NCBI RefSeq assembly: GCF_009914755.1
Contig: NC_060926.1
Length of the DNA stretch: 64,000 bases
Direction: 5' to 3' (one strand)
From: the human T2T-CHM13v2.0 reference genome, Homo sapiens
This document shows positions 41,192 to 56,239 of this stretch, in pieces (the first letter of the stretch is position 1; each line of letters starts with the position of its first letter). Below the pieces are notes generated by a model. It was not told the origin of the DNA and searched no databases. It saw nothing but the letters and a program-made list of their open reading frames with translations. A program made the position numbers and the translations under genes.

Positions 41192-42915
41192 GGACTCTTA
41201 CGCAGGAGCGAGCCTGTCTGCTGGTGCTTCAGCCTCTGCTTGATCACCTCCACCAACAAGGTGCTCACTACCTCACTAAGCAGCATGTTTCACAGTGGAA
41301 CAACTCTGGATTATAAACATTCCTCCATGGACGGATCAAAATTGCCTCCCCTGAGCCTGAAGTGCCTCTGGAGTTTTCTAGAAGATAATGTCTGTGTGAC
41401 CCCTACCTCTCTCCCACCTTCTTTAGCCACGACGTGCTTGTGACCTGGGATACCTCTTCTCTGTAATTCAGTTTAGCTGCCCTCCAGGAGAAAAGTAGAA
41501 AGAGAAACAACAAAGAAGACCAATGTGTCCTGTGGCTCTAGCATTTCCAACTCTGCAATGATCAAGAAACACAAGGAGAAACACATATTAAACCTAAAAA
41601 TGGGCACAGCTCCCAGCCCCATGCTGTTTTTTGCTGTCCCCGCCTTTAAATTGTTTTACACTCTCACTTCACTTGGAGAAAGTTGACAGGGAGGTGGAAT
41701 AAGTAAGGAATAAGTAACTGAGGCTTTAAAAGTTCTGGGTTCTGGTCCCCTCAGTCTGCAAACTATTTAACAAAAGAACTAAATAACAAAATGCCCCTCA
41801 TACAGTTAAGGTTTCCCCGACACTGGAATCCATGCTTGGTGATTCTCCATGGCTTTAGGCTCAGGATCATGGTGTCTGATGGATTCTCTTTCCTTCTACC
41901 TGGGAGGTGGTAAGAGTCACTAAGTTGCCCCCTGGAAATTAAGAGCAGGGCTCATCTCCACTATCCCATCTAGATGAAACTTTGGATCAGAAGTGGTCTC
42001 AGATGTTTTTGAGAAGGTCTCCATGAATCCCACGGAACAAAGCTGAATTTTGGCAACATCCCACTGTCCCTGCCCTGCAAAACAAGTAGCAAAGGGGACA
42101 GGCAGCCATGCTACCAGGAGGGCTCGGAAGGAGGACAGCCTCTATAGGTATATTGGAGACCTGCTGGGGTGCATTGTCAGCCTGTGTGAGCCGACATATG
42201 CCATGGTAAAGCAGACAGCAGGGGCTGGCAAATCTAGAGCCCTATAATGACCCGGAGGCCAGCTGACCACAGCGCCACACTCTCTCATTAAGATGCCACT
42301 AGGACATGGTGCACCTGATGGCGGCTTTATTTGCAGATCCTGGCTCCTGCTGGGCACTCTTCCACCTTTCTGAGCTGTAGATGCAAAAATGACTCAGACT
42401 GCAGTGGATATTTCCATCTACACAGCCCAAACTAAATTCAACAACACAGTTACCGCTTCCCCAGCTCCATTCCTGAGGCCTTCCTGCCACGCTGCCGTGT
42501 ACACTGAGGGAGCCTCACCATTTCTGAGGCCCCATCTTAAAAGGGAAAACAGCAGGCTGGTCCCACATGATCATGTGGCTGCCCTCCGGGGCTCACACCC
42601 CAAGTTCTGAAAGGCTTTCCTGGTAGGAGCTATCCTCCCACTGGCCTGTCACATTAGGATAAAGTCACCTCCTCCCTTTGTTGATGAGCTTTGGGGAACC
42701 ACTTGGCCTCACATGCTCAGTCTTTTGGTTGGATGTGCCTAACTCCATTGCTCTTATCTCCTGATTTGAGCCTGGCCAATCAAAGTCACAGTGATGGGCA
42801 CTGACTCAAGACAAGCCAACGAGACCCAGGACAAGAGTTTTGGGGTAAAATTGCTGCAAAACAAAACAAAACAAACACTGGGGAATGCTCCACTGGGGAT
42901 GCTAGGCTACCCTTA

Positions 42916-43182
<267 letters not shown>

Positions 43183-44225
43183 TCAATTAGTTAAGTAGGA
43201 ATTAGTGAGCCACAAGCTGAGAACTTGACAGTGATGTGGTATGGGGCTGATAACAAGGATACCAAGAAAAGAAGGGAGATGAAAGAAGAACACAGGCAAA
43301 TTTCTTTGGTTTTTCATCCATTTCATTCTACCCCCCGAAAAAAAGCACATTTTTTCCAGCAGAGCTCTAGTGTTTGTTATAGTCTGTTATTTCTAATTCT
43401 TGGAAAGGCGGTCACCCACATAGGGAATCCCTGACAACACTCCATTAGGCAGAGTGTCCAAGCAACCAGAAGGCCCCAGGGATGTTCAGTTGAGAAGCAT
43501 AATGATGATGAATCCTGTCCATATTGTTTATGATTTAACAACTGGTTTATTACGTAGGATGTTCTGGGTCACTCCTGGGAAACTATTTAAACAAATAATC
43601 TGTAGTTAAATGATCTAATAGAACAAGTGTTTTCAGGTTTTTGGAAGACGCCCATTATCTAAAACTATTCATGTATTCTTAGAATTGGAAGGTACTTTTA
43701 ACATCTTCTAATAAGATTCCTTTACTATATTAGTGCGTAAACTGGGGCCTAGAGAAATTAGGGAATTTGCCCAAGGTCTAAATTTGCATTCTTTACTCAT
43801 AGCCTTACCCTCAAAGGGCTGACATCATTTCTACCACATTGACATCTTCCTGGTGTAATGGAAAGACCTGTTCCTAGTGCAGGTTCTGACAGTCAGCAGT
43901 GCATGACCTTGAGTAAGACGCTGAACCTTTCGAAACCCAGTCCACCAGAAAGCCCCTAGGAGCCTGCTAGTTATGTAGTTCCCTTTGGAGGAAAATCACT
44001 TTATGAAGTCATTTCCTGCAAAAGTTACAACAGTGTATGCCTCAGGTGGTGAGAAAAAACAACCCTGCCACCCTGTCACAACTTTTTGGGCCAGGAAGAA
44101 GGGAGCAGCCATATCAGCTGGCTGAGGGTAGGAAAGACCAAAAACCTCAGAGATGGGACAGCATGACATCTTCCCAGCAAGCACACAGGTCCTGACAGCT
44201 CTCCTTGGGATGCTTAAATGCTAGG

Positions 44226-44780
44226 TGTGGTGGACTCTCTTGGGTATTTGTTGAGCAACTCTCACACCTTTCTCCTTCCTAGGAGACCTCAATTTTATTC
44301 AGTGTCTACTCTCCCCCTCTTACCCTGTGTGCCTTCAGATGTAGGTTCTGGTAATCTCATCTTCCTGACCAGTGTTTACTTCAAGGACTCAGGTTTAGGC
44401 CAATCAACACAGGGCATTCCCCTGGCAATGTTAGTTGTCCAGAAGTGAGGGCATGACCTAAGTTGGTCAATTTAGGTAGAAAGGAAGGATTTTTATTCCA
44501 TGCTTTCCCTATCTGCCTATATGTGAAATAAGAAAGCACGCTACCCCAGCTGCTGCTGGCAGCCCTCTTGAAACCATGAAGGAAGACAGCCTGAGCCAAG
44601 ACCAAACCTTCCAGGGGAAAAGAGAAGAGCAAATCACACACACAAAAAGCAATCTAGAAATTTGGCAGAGAGTCTGTCCTACCTCTAGACTTTCTCTATG
44701 TGAGATTTAAATGTCTCCATCATTTAAATAAGCTTGAGCCTCTTTTTGGTTTTTTGAAGTTGGAAACATCCTAACCCATA
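44226..44780 (+). mobile_element. Old MLT1 (J/K-like) MaLR LTR
   Basis: ggccaatca...cattcccctggc...gggcatgacctaagttggtcaat, gctgctggcagccctcttgaaaccatga, ctacctctagacttt...gaaacatcctaac. Confidence 0.65.
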
Positions 44781-45801
44781 GACTAGGTAAATTAAAATTC
44801 ATATATAAGAAGGCAAGTTCCTGGAAATCATGGTGAATCCTAAATGAGGTGAAGTGTTTGCTCAGTGTTGTACCCCCCAGTTCTGGAAGCACAGGCTCCC
44901 CTGTGCTGCTCTGCTGTAGTGACCACATTCCACGCTATTCCACGTTCCTTTGTACATCTGAAATAAACCCCAGGAAATGATATTTGAATTTGACCTAGTG
45001 TGTCTCTTCTTATAACTGTTAAGGAGCTTGGCCAACACATTCTCTAATCTTCACAGTTTCCATCTGTAAAATAGGATTGATGACACTTGCCCAGCTGACC
45101 TTCATAGTCCACCTAACAAATGCATTGGTCATTTCCAAAACCTCATCTGTTTCTCTTCTACTCATCCCCTTTCTGTTCCTCTGACCATCTCAACAAAGAG
45201 TAGGGCCAGGTTTGGTGGGAAGGAGAGGATGAAAGTAGATGTGCTAGAGCCATGCCCTCAACAGGCACAGTTATGCTCTATGGACAGGCCAGAGGCTCTG
45301 AGACACTAGAAATTCACTAAGATGGAAGTGCATCATCCTCTGCCTCCAGCCACTGCCTGAAACACCTTGCAGAATGGGTGAAGGGTTCCAGTTCTCACTG
45401 GGTGTCGTCTGCCAGTCCTTTTTGCCTTTGGAAATCCATGCATTCTATGCTATGGCACAAGACAGTGCTGAAACTCTGCTCTTCTGTCAGAACTTCTGGC
45501 AGATAGAGACTGGGCCTCGTTCTGAGAGTGGAACCATCCCTGTGTGGGACAGGGACATCAAATCTCATTGTACGAGCCTTCTTCTTCCCAACACCACCAC
45601 ATGACCACTACATTTCAGCCAGGATCCCTCGTTAGCAGTGAACACGGACAAGCAGATGGAGAATAAGAGACCAAACAAAATAGCATGATGTTTCCTAGAA
45701 GGCACATATGAGTCTCTTCCTCTTCACCCAAGGATAAGGGAGGCAATCACTCTTCTTTGACCCCCAGGATCCTAACCCCAACATAATTTTCCATTCCTTT
45801 G

Positions 45802-46219
45802 TGTCTTAGTCTATTTTGTGCTATTATTTTTTCTAAGTGCCACAGACTGGATAATTTATAAAGAACAGAAATTTACTTTCTTACAGTTCTGGAGGCTGGG
45901 AAGTCTAAGATCAAGGGGCCAGCATATGGCAAGGGACTTCTTGCTACGTTATCCCATGGTGGAAGGTGGAGGGTGAAAGAGATAGAGATAGACAGAGAGA
46001 CAGAGAGAGAGAGAGAGAGGCCAAATAGCTAAAATTGCACTTTTATAAGGAAACCACTCCTGCAATAACAAGCCCACTCCCATGATAACAGCACTAATCC
46101 ATTCACCCCACCTTCTTGGTCTAATCACCTCTCATTAGGCCCCATGTCCCAAAACTGTAGCATTGGAAATTAAATTTCCAACACATGTTTTTTTTGACAG
46201 TCACATTCAAACCATAGCA
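45802..46219 (-). mobile_element. MST (MSTC/D-like) MaLR solo LTR with perfect 5-bp TSD
   Basis: tgtcttagtc...cagttctggaggctgggaagtctaagatcaagg...cacattcaaaccatagca; TSD ctttg at 45797-45801 and 46220-46224. Confidence 0.92.
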
Positions 46220-46537
46220 CTTTGGAACCAAATATGAAGCATTTAGATGCTCTATTTGAAAAACAAGGAGATTAGAGTAGAGAATCATCGAAGTCACTTC
46301 AGACCACATATTCTTAGTTACACATCTCCCGGAGAGGAATTCATGAGATGCCTGGAATCTAAGTTTTGAGCCAAGAAGCTTCTCTCTGGCCTCAGTGTCC
46401 CAGCTGCACTGCGGAGCTCTACCCACTTTCAGAGTTTACCTAGAATCGGAGAGGAGTGACTACGGGAAAATGAAGCATAATTACTTCATTTTCATATACA
46501 TGAATAGTATCAGAGTATTTCCTGGTGTTCCCTTCTT

Positions 46538-46540
<3 letters not shown>

Positions 46541-46599
<59 letters not shown>

Positions 46600-46616
46600 C
46601 TCTATCTCTCTCTCTC
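46541..46616. repeat. Compound (TC)n(TA)n(TC)n microsatellite
   Basis: Directly visible. Confidence 0.97.
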
Positions 46617-47058
46617 AGCATAGGGAAGGGGATGACTTCCCATCTTTGGTCTTCCTGCATGTTTTTGTCTCTCTCATCTCAGCATTTTTAGAGATGTGTG
46701 GGACCTCTTTCCACAGGTCTACCCAGTTGGGACAGGCAACCCAACCTTTCATAAATGATTCCAGTGTGCAAACAGCAATTTACACTGTGGCACTCTGGAG
46801 CTGCACCTTAGCATGGTCTTTCCTTCCCCCAGGACTCCTGCCTCAGGAGCAGCTGCCTGGGTATTAAGACCAGACCGGGCCTCAGCAGTTCAGCCGCAGG
46901 TCACAGCATGGCCCATGCACACCCGATGGGCCGTGGAGGTTCCCAGCCAGGCTTTCCTGCCCGCCTGTGAGGGAAGGGGGTACACAGCAGCCAGCTCCAC
47001 CTGGGTCCTGATCTGTCTTGGAATGCACGGGCAAAGGGGGTGGGATAGCCCGTGAGGC

Positions 47059-47085
47059 AAAAAAAAAAAAAAAAAAAAAAAAAAA
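47059..47085 (+). repeat. Isolated A27 homopolymer
   Basis: 27 consecutive A with no Alu or L1 body immediately upstream. Confidence 0.95.
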
Positions 47086-49171
47086 TGTCTGCTCCTCTTC
47101 CCATTTTACGTCTTTCTCTCTTTCAGCTTAGCAAACTAAAGTTCAAATCAGGGTCAGGGAAAGGGGGTTGCTAATGGAGTTCAGATTTCAGACACAGGAG
47201 GAGCTGGGAGGCAACTGCTGGGCCTCTGTTTAGGGAAACATGTAGGACATTTTCTCATTCCCCAGCATCAGCTGCTGAGTACCTACTATGTGCCAGGCTC
47301 TGTGTCCTAGGGCTGGGGATACCAATATGGTTCTACGGACCCCACAATGAAGGCACAGACGTATCAGTGGTGACAAAAGTGCTAATAGTGGTTTGTGGAA
47401 TGTGCAAAGGGCTGTGAGAGCTCGGTGAGAGATGACAGCGGCTATGCAACGCTACTTTTTCATTCGAAAGACGGAAAAGGGCTGTGCACTATTAGAAGGC
47501 AGAAAAGTTAGAAAATGTTTCCTTCTTTCCATCTAGAAACAGAACCAGCTTATGTCTCAGACATGATTTCTAAAGTAATCCTCGCCTTGTCCTGACTGGG
47601 GTCAAACTTTACATCTTGTCTCTGTAAATGGACTCCCTGATTGTGCAGGACACGTGGCCTGTGGGACCCAACGTAGCAGGAAGGTTGGCCTGGAGCAATA
47701 GTTGTCTATTCTTTTATTTAGTCACTCAATCAATAAACATTGATTAAATGCCTACTATGGATTATTAAATGCCAAAAATCATATATATGGTGAACATGAA
47801 CAGGAAAAATGGGATAGAATAGTTTTAATTGGAACATTCCTGAAAAACAATGTAAGACATATAATTGTTATATATAATCCTCTTCTATATTCTTGGCTTC
47901 TTCTACCTCTATGCCTAGCCTAGCCTAGCCTAGAGCTCATTTTCACCAGTCCTTGACAAATTATAAAAAGTTTGGTGAAGCATGTACAGGTAAGGACTTA
48001 AGAGAGAATTTTACTAAGGGGGTATCTGTATCTCAGTAGAATGCCCTGAAATTAAACAGTTCAGCTAACCTTCAGTGAAAATCCAGTCGATAAAGGACAT
48101 TACACCAGGCATCAGAAAATCAAAGACAAATAAAACATCTTTCCAAGGATAAAATAAATTACGCAACACAAAAATACAAAGCTGAATGATCAAAGTCTCA
48201 GAAACCTACAGAGGGATGTGGGGGATTTAGAGGAGGGAAAGTTGGGATATCCAGAAAGGTCTCATGGAGCAAGCAGCATGGAGATACATCTTGCAGTTTT
48301 TTCTGCAGGCAAAGATGAGAACAGGCAAGGCATTTTAAGTGGAGGAAAGGACATGAACAAAGATGGAGAAATGCATGGTGAGTCTCTGCTTTCAGCTGGA
48401 ACCAGAGTTCAGAGTACACCAGGTAAGATGTCAACAATAACAACATTGAGCTCTTAATATATGACAGGTGGTCTTTGTTTAATCCTCATGACTCAGTTAA
48501 GTAAGTAAGGTGATGCTTCCACTCCCATTTGACGGGTGGAAAAAACTGAACTTCGCATTTCGGCTGAGAACATGCTTGCTTCCTGGACCCTTGCCCCCAG
48601 CCCAGTCTACTAAATCTCTCTTTGGCATGGAGAAGTTAAATAATTTGCCCAAGCTCACATCCCTATTAAGTAGTGAAGCTAGGATTTGAATTCAGACCAT
48701 CTAAACCACCATGTCATAATTGCAGGGCCAAAAAGTGAGGGGCTCTACATGTCAGACTGGAGAACCTGAGTTTAATTTTACATACCTTGGGTTGTGACAT
48801 GATCAAAGATCTGCCAAGATTAATAGTAGTGACTAGAATGACTTGGAGAAGAGAGAGACCCGAGGCAAGCCTTCAATTAGCAGGGTGGGAGGATGGGGCT
48901 ACTTACTGCCCAATGCCTGTCTCTCTGACACAATTCTACTGAAGCTTGGGACCTTGGCACATCTTAGAGATGAAATGGACTTAAATGGCCCAGTCAAAAT
49001 GCCTTTTTATTCAATTCCCTGTACTTATTCACTGATATGGATGTGAATAATTGTCTGTACATCTATAACTCCCTGTCCCCTCTTAACTGGGAATATAATG
49101 CCCTGCTTTTCTAAGGCCTCAAGACATCTTAGTGTCAAAAGCTCTTATAGCCAGCATGACTATTGATTAGA

Positions 49172-49490
49172 CCTGTGTTTCTCAAACTATGTTCCAGGGA
49201 ATATTTGGTCTTATGAGATGCCACCCCCATCCCCCACTCCTCAAAAAAGGATTCTATGCTGGTCAAATAGATTTAGGAAATCCTCTATACTATACTGTCT
49301 ACCCCCTGGGAGAATTACCATGCACACCTATATCTTAAAAGTTCTGATAACTCCTATAGTAAAGAAACATGCTTAACTTTGTTTAACCCAGTGTTTTCCA
49401 AGTGTGGTTAACCAGAAAACACTGCATTCATGTAGCACATATTAAAAACCCAAGACATAGGGGTCTGCAGAAAGCTCTTGGGAAATACTG
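49172..49490. mobile_element. hAT-Charlie family DNA transposon relic
   Basis: TIR-like ctgtgtttctcaaact ... ttgggaaatactg and internal gtaaagaaacatgcttaactttgtttaacccagtgtttt. Confidence 0.6.
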
Positions 49491-52400
49491 CCTTAGGAAA
49501 TTATTTCTTTCATTTTCTTCCTTCATTGTCAATATAATTCTTAGGAGGAATAATAATAGCTGCTATTCATTTAACTCTAGGGTTCGTCCAAGTGCTTTTA
49601 CCAATATCATCTCATCTTTTAATGTTTGAAGCTTCAGCCCGACCTATCTTTCAAATTCCTTCTTTTTCTTTCCTTGAAGCAGAATCCCAAGGGATTACAA
49701 TTATGTGGGTATATCTCAGAAAGTTAACAGCCATGTCTATCTCTTTTTCAGATCAGAAGGGTACAATTTTCTACTACTTAAAAAAGAGAGAGAGAGATCC
49801 TTTGCTCCTAACAGATTTTATCAGTTTCTAGGAATTACTTAAAATGCACTTATAATAGTAAATGTCAAAGATTAACACTTCTCAACTCCCTTAAGAGGTC
49901 CCCCCCCCCAGTCATTTTTTCTGATACAAACTACTTTCTGTTAAGTATTACCTTACAAGGAATACAATTAATTGAAAGTAAAACATTTTAAAAGAAAATG
50001 AGGATTTTTTAATAAAGCATTTTAATTGCCAAATGATTTTCTCTCTAAAAATATTTGCATTCAAAAACACAGCAAAATCAGAGGGCAATGCTTAACTCAA
50101 AGGAATGACTGTAATAGATTTCAGGCTGTAAGAGGAATATTTGGGAAGGTGAGGGATGTTGTTTTTATCCCTCAAATCACCTCACACAGGCAATTGCCGC
50201 CTTTGTCTATCTATCTGGTTTATTGTGTTCATTGCTACCTCTTCAATCTCCTTCTGAATTCCTGGAATGGATAGACATTAAAATTCAAAGTGGTGTGAAT
50301 CCTGGCTTCATCACTGACTCATTGAATAGTGTTTCTGAAACTACCTTTCTCAATTTCTTCATTGTTAAATATAAAATAGCACTACCTAATAACACTGTGT
50401 TGTTGCAAGGATAAAATTGGAACAGATGCAAAGCATCTAGTACCCTGCCCAACACACAGCAGGTAGTCCGTAAGTGTGGGTTATAGACCTGCATTTTTCT
50501 TGGCAACTTGTAGGCAAGAGAGGTAACCAGTAGCCCAATGGTATGTCTCTGTGATTTGTACTTAGCATGAATACGTGGGTGAAGGCTTGTCTTCTCTCCC
50601 CATGGAAACCCAAGAGGAGACTTCAGAAGACTGTTAGCTCCCCACCCACCCCCACCTTTCTGGCACTGAATCCCATTCATTCCACAATGGCAGCTGTCCT
50701 GGGCCCCATCTAAGGTGCCTGACCCTTGGAAAGGGAGGCCCAGAGAGCAGTCATTACTTCTTTGCAGCTGTGGTCACAAAACCACGTAAGAAAGTGGGAC
50801 ACAGAGAGAGATTTAGTAGACTGGGCTGGGGGCAAGTGGCCAGGAAGCAAACATGTACTCAGCCAAAATGCCAAGTTCAGTAGCTTGAATAAAAACCATC
50901 CTAACCTCCAAGGCCCCAAGGTCACCATCTGGAAATGGAAAATCACCGTCAATAAATTATTATGGACCACAGTACTGTGGGATTTCAAAAGAAACTGGAC
51001 TGCATGAGTTCAAGCTTGGGTTCTCCCTTTAGCTGCCCCTGTGTTCTACTCTTTGAAAGGATAAAAGGCTCTTGGTCCCAAATGGCGACTGTAAATGCAG
51101 TGGAAGCTGGGGCGAGTTGCTATGATGAGGGTGGGGTTGCCCTTAATGCCCAGTTCAATAGCTTGACACTAAGTAGAGGGCCAAAGCCCACCATTGCTAT
51201 TTTCTTCCCCCTTGGCTTCCCAGTGGGCAAAGTTGGCAGATCAGGGAGCACCTGTATCCACTGTGGATCCCTGCTATCCCTCCAACCTCCACCCTGCATT
51301 CCCCAAGCCCAGAAAAGAGACGCCCTCCTCCCCTCTCTGCAGTCCCCTAGGAATCTTTCACAGGTGGTCTGAAGTATCACCTGCAACCAGAGTGCTGATG
51401 AACTTCTGTCTGCCCTGCTGGGCTTTGTACGGTCCCTGAGTCTGGTCACCCCAGGCCCAAGCAGAAAGCTAAAAAACCTGGTGTTGCAGACATGAAGACA
51501 ATGGGCCTGCTGGGCTGAAAGCATTCCAGTCTCCCACGTTCAGTAGGAAGGGGTGTTTGGCAGGGAGGAAAGGTCATTAATGCAGACAGTTTATGTTTTC
51601 CCAAGCCAGCATTCCTCACAAACAGCTGTGTTTATACAGAACTAGAGGAGAGGGAGAGAGAGACAAGAGAAAGGACAGTGTCCTAGGGATGACATCATTC
51701 TGTCCTGTCTGCTTCGACTCCCACCACTGGTGGTGGGGGCTGGGGGAAACGGCAGCAGGCTGGTGAACGTGCTTGGTGTAAGTACATGCAGAGTGTTTAT
51801 ATGTGAGTGTGTTTATTAGATATATATTTTTCCTACTCTCCACTCTGCTCCTTCCCCACTGGCTCCCAGAGCATCCTAATACATTTTGCAGAACACTATT
51901 TTTCCTGTAACAGCAACCTCAGAGGAAGGCGAGATTCAGGGGCTCATGTTCACTCCTCCTAATCTCTTTAACAAACCCCCCTCACAGAAGAAAAGCCTGA
52001 CAGGAGGCAGAGTCATTAAAGTGAATTAAAATGCATCCAAGGAGAGATTAGCCCCAAAAACCATTCCCATATCAGACAAAGGCCCCTTTCATGCAGACTC
52101 CAGCCGCCTGGAGTCCTGTAAGCAGAGATTAGGGAACAAATTCTCAGAACCTAGAAGCACTGGCTCTTCAGGAAACGGGCCAACACTTAACCTCCCCTGG
52201 ATAGAATCTCAAGAACTCAGCTTCTGCTTAAACTACACTTCGGCTTCTTAAGGCCCTCACTGTAAGGGAAAGGGGCTCCACTGAGGCACATGGATTCTCC
52301 CCAGCCCCTCTTTGTTGAGCTAAGTCTATCCCTAACACAGTCCAGATAACCAAGGCCCTCACCTGTTCTGAAACTCAGCCAGAGGACATAATGTGATCAT

Positions 52401-52639
52401 TCCCCAGCCTTCTGCATCAGGGTATCAGGTAGGAGGTCCTTCCATGAATGGTCCAAGCATAGTCCCTTCTGCACCGCATCTGCAAATATCCTCCTGAGCA
52501 CCTATTTTGGTTCAAGCTGAGACTTCTGTGATGTGCATGTGAAGAGATGACTGGATATGATTTCTGCTTTCAAGGTAACCAGTAGAGGCTGAGATCTGAT
52601 GGAAAAAAATGCCTCCTCCACCCAGCCTCTGAATCAGCC

Positions 52640-53127
52640 AGTTTCCCATGACCAACCTGGGAATTCCTCATTGTTTTGGATCTCCCCACTTCCTTGTTTC
52701 ATGCTCCTTTTCCCTCACTTCTCCTTGAGATCACTTTCCTACATAAGATATTCACATATATGAAGGTTAATATTATGTGTCAACTTGGCTGGGTCATGGT
52801 ACCCAGACATGTGGTCAAACATTATCCTGGATGTTTCTGTGAAGGCATTTCTTAAATAAGATTCACAGTAAAGCCAGCGGATTTGGGCAAAACAGATTGC
52901 CCTCCATAATGTGGGTGGGCCTCATCTAATTGGTTGAAGGACTAAATATAATAAAAGACTGCCCTTCCTCAAGCAAAAGCGAATTTGACAGCAGATGGCA
53001 GTCAGACTTAAGCTGCAACATCAACTCTGCTTGGGCCTTCAGCCTGCTGACCCATCCTACAGATTCTGGACTTGCCAGTCTCTATAATTGTATGCACCAA
53101 TTCCTTACAATAGATTTTGTATATATT

Positions 53128-53182
<55 letters not shown>

Positions 53183-53273
53183 CTTTTTGGTTCTGTTCTT
53201 TGGAGAACTGTGACTAAGACAATACATAAGTCTTTGTCCCAGGCTCCACTTTCTGGAAAACTCAGCCCAAGAC
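52640..53273 (+). mobile_element. LTR16-like ERVL LTR remnant split by an MLT2 insertion
   Basis: cttccttgtttc...cttgagatcactttcctacataag before MLT2 and tctttgtcccaggctccactttctggaaaactcagcccaagaca after it. Confidence 0.55.
52759..53221 (+). mobile_element. MLT2 (B-like) ERVL solo LTR containing a (CA)n microsatellite at ~53131-53181
   Basis: ggttaatattatgtgtcaacttggctggg, ggtcaaacattatcctggatgtttctgtgaagg, gccctccataatgtgggtgggcctcatc, tggttctgttctttggagaac.gtgactaagaca. Confidence 0.92.
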
Positions 53274-53763
53274 AGAAAAATTATTTTGAGTTTGAGATTA
53301 CTGTGGGAGAAGGAGGTGAAGATGGCTATCCAACCAGTGGTACCCACAAGAGGAATGTGGACTCAGGACTAACACACATGCCAGCGGTGCTTGAAACCAA
53401 GAGAATGCATAGGGTGAAAAGAAATATGACATGGCCCTTCAAAGGTTCAAAAAATATTATGCTGGATTCCTTGTCCTCACTCAAAATAAATTAACCCTAC
53501 TTCTTTATACAAACTTAGTCAAATGTTTTGAGAGAAGGAGAGAAAAAGAAAATCTCATTAAAATAAATAAAAGTATCATTGTACCCATAAAGTATGAGTA
53601 CATATATGGTTCTCACCAGGGTCATAATTTCAACTTGAGATGTTGGAAAACAATTGCCTCATTCACCCCATCCTCCATCTGATCTCCTGCTGTCTGCAGC
53701 CATGAGGCTACAGTGGTCACACTGGGCTGTATATTTCCAGTCCTCATCTCTTTTCTACATTAG

Positions 53764-54146
<383 letters not shown>

Positions 54147-54929
54147 AAATTCTTTTTTCAATTTTAGACTAACCCCTACTCCCACGCTCCTCAATGAAGC
54201 CTCCATAGAGTCTTGGAGCAGGTCTAGGGTGGAAATGAGGGCACTGAAGTCTAGTCTTGGCTCCAATCGCTGTCTCACTGTGCATGCCTGAGCACATCAT
54301 TTCCTCTCACTGGCCTCAGTCTTCTTGCATAGAAAACAAGGGGGGGATTGAACCCATAGATGCTCTTCAAGATCCTTTTCTCATCTAGCACCCTGTCATT
54401 CTAAGATATCGCGTGATCCCTCCCAGCATATCACCCCCTTTCAGAAGCTTGTGAGGACACCCATCGTGATCTCCTGGACACGCGGTCCAAAATACACACC
54501 ACATACACACTTCCATCTATGCCCACTGCTCCATGGTCTGTGTCTATCTCAATACCCACCACCTGCATAGTCTTGCCTCATCTGTCTTCATAGAAAGATT
54601 CCAGAACAGGTTGCAGATACAAAAACTCAGAGAGAAGGCAAAGGCAGCAAGTATGCCAATGAATATTTAATAAAATTTTTTCACAACCTCCTCCTTTAAG
54701 AAAATGGAAAAGCTATTTGTCTTTGATATTTCACTTAGCTACTTCATCAGCCCTCAGGGAAAACCCTTTCCTTATTTAGTTCTTGGAGGAAGCTTGACTC
54801 ACTTTCATCTTTTAATTATTTGTACTTATTTCAACATCTGTGCACATTCTGCAACCTCCGACAGTTTTATGTTGCTTATGCCGCAAAAACACTGAGGACC
54901 TACATTCTCAGGCCAAGAATCTCACTGGT

Positions 54930-55280
54930 AATGTTCAGAGGGGAAAGATGCCATTCCTTCCAGGACCGTGGCTTATTCACATGGCCAAGCCTGGAATGTG
55001 TCCAGAACCAAGCCAAGGACATCATTGGCTCCTAATCTCTTCATCTGAAGGAGGGCACCTCACCTAGTTTTTCTCTATTTCATCCCTTTCTTATTTCCTT
55101 CATAGCACCTATTTGCAAATATATACATTTCTACTTTTGTTCCATGATATATTTTATCTGGCTCCTCTGCTGGACTGCAAGATCCTTCTGGAAAGATGCC
55201 TATTGCATCACTGCATCATCAGCTCCCAGCATCATGTGTGGCATATAATAAATGCTCAATAAGTGCTTGATGAATACTGA
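54930..55280 (+). mobile_element. L2 3' fragment
   Basis: tttccttcatagcacc, ggactgcaagatcc, tggcatataataaatgctcaataagtgcttgatgaat. Confidence 0.7.
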
Positions 55281-55865
55281 TTCATGAAGCAGCTGGACCA
55301 AAAATGCGAGACATTAAATCTTCTGACAGATTTAACAACCCTTACACTTCAGCTGTTCTCTCCCTTGAAGATTGAGAAAATGAAAATGGGCTGAAAAATA
55401 TTTGAGTTATGAGGGCCATGAAGGCCTGGAACAAGTTGAAATGGAAGAAAAAGCACTGACCTAAGAGCCTGGAAGTCTGAATTCAAATACCAGCTGTTTC
55501 GTTATCAATGTACGACCATGGGCAAGTATCCTATTCTCTCTGTGCCTCAATTTCCTATAAAATAAGGAAATTGCACTTGATCGGTGGTTTTATTTTCAAG
55601 GCTTTTTAGCAGTAGAACTTCATAATTTATAGAGCATATTAAAAGTAGCATTTTATGAGCATAAAACATTTCTTAAGTTAAAATGTATAAGATTTACTTG
55701 ATATTTACATGACCAATGAGATAAATGAGGCTGTTTTCATGAATACAAAAATAACAGGTCCAGAACTATGAATATAAGCTGACACCTTTTATTAATCTGA
55801 CACCTTAATCACACAGTCTCAAAATCCAGATTCACACAGATAAATGGTTTAAGAATGACTATTTG

Positions 55866-56193
<328 letters not shown>

Positions 56194-56239
56194 CTATGTA
56201 AGTATGTGCCTAGGAGAGAGAACCTGGTAACGCAGAGAC

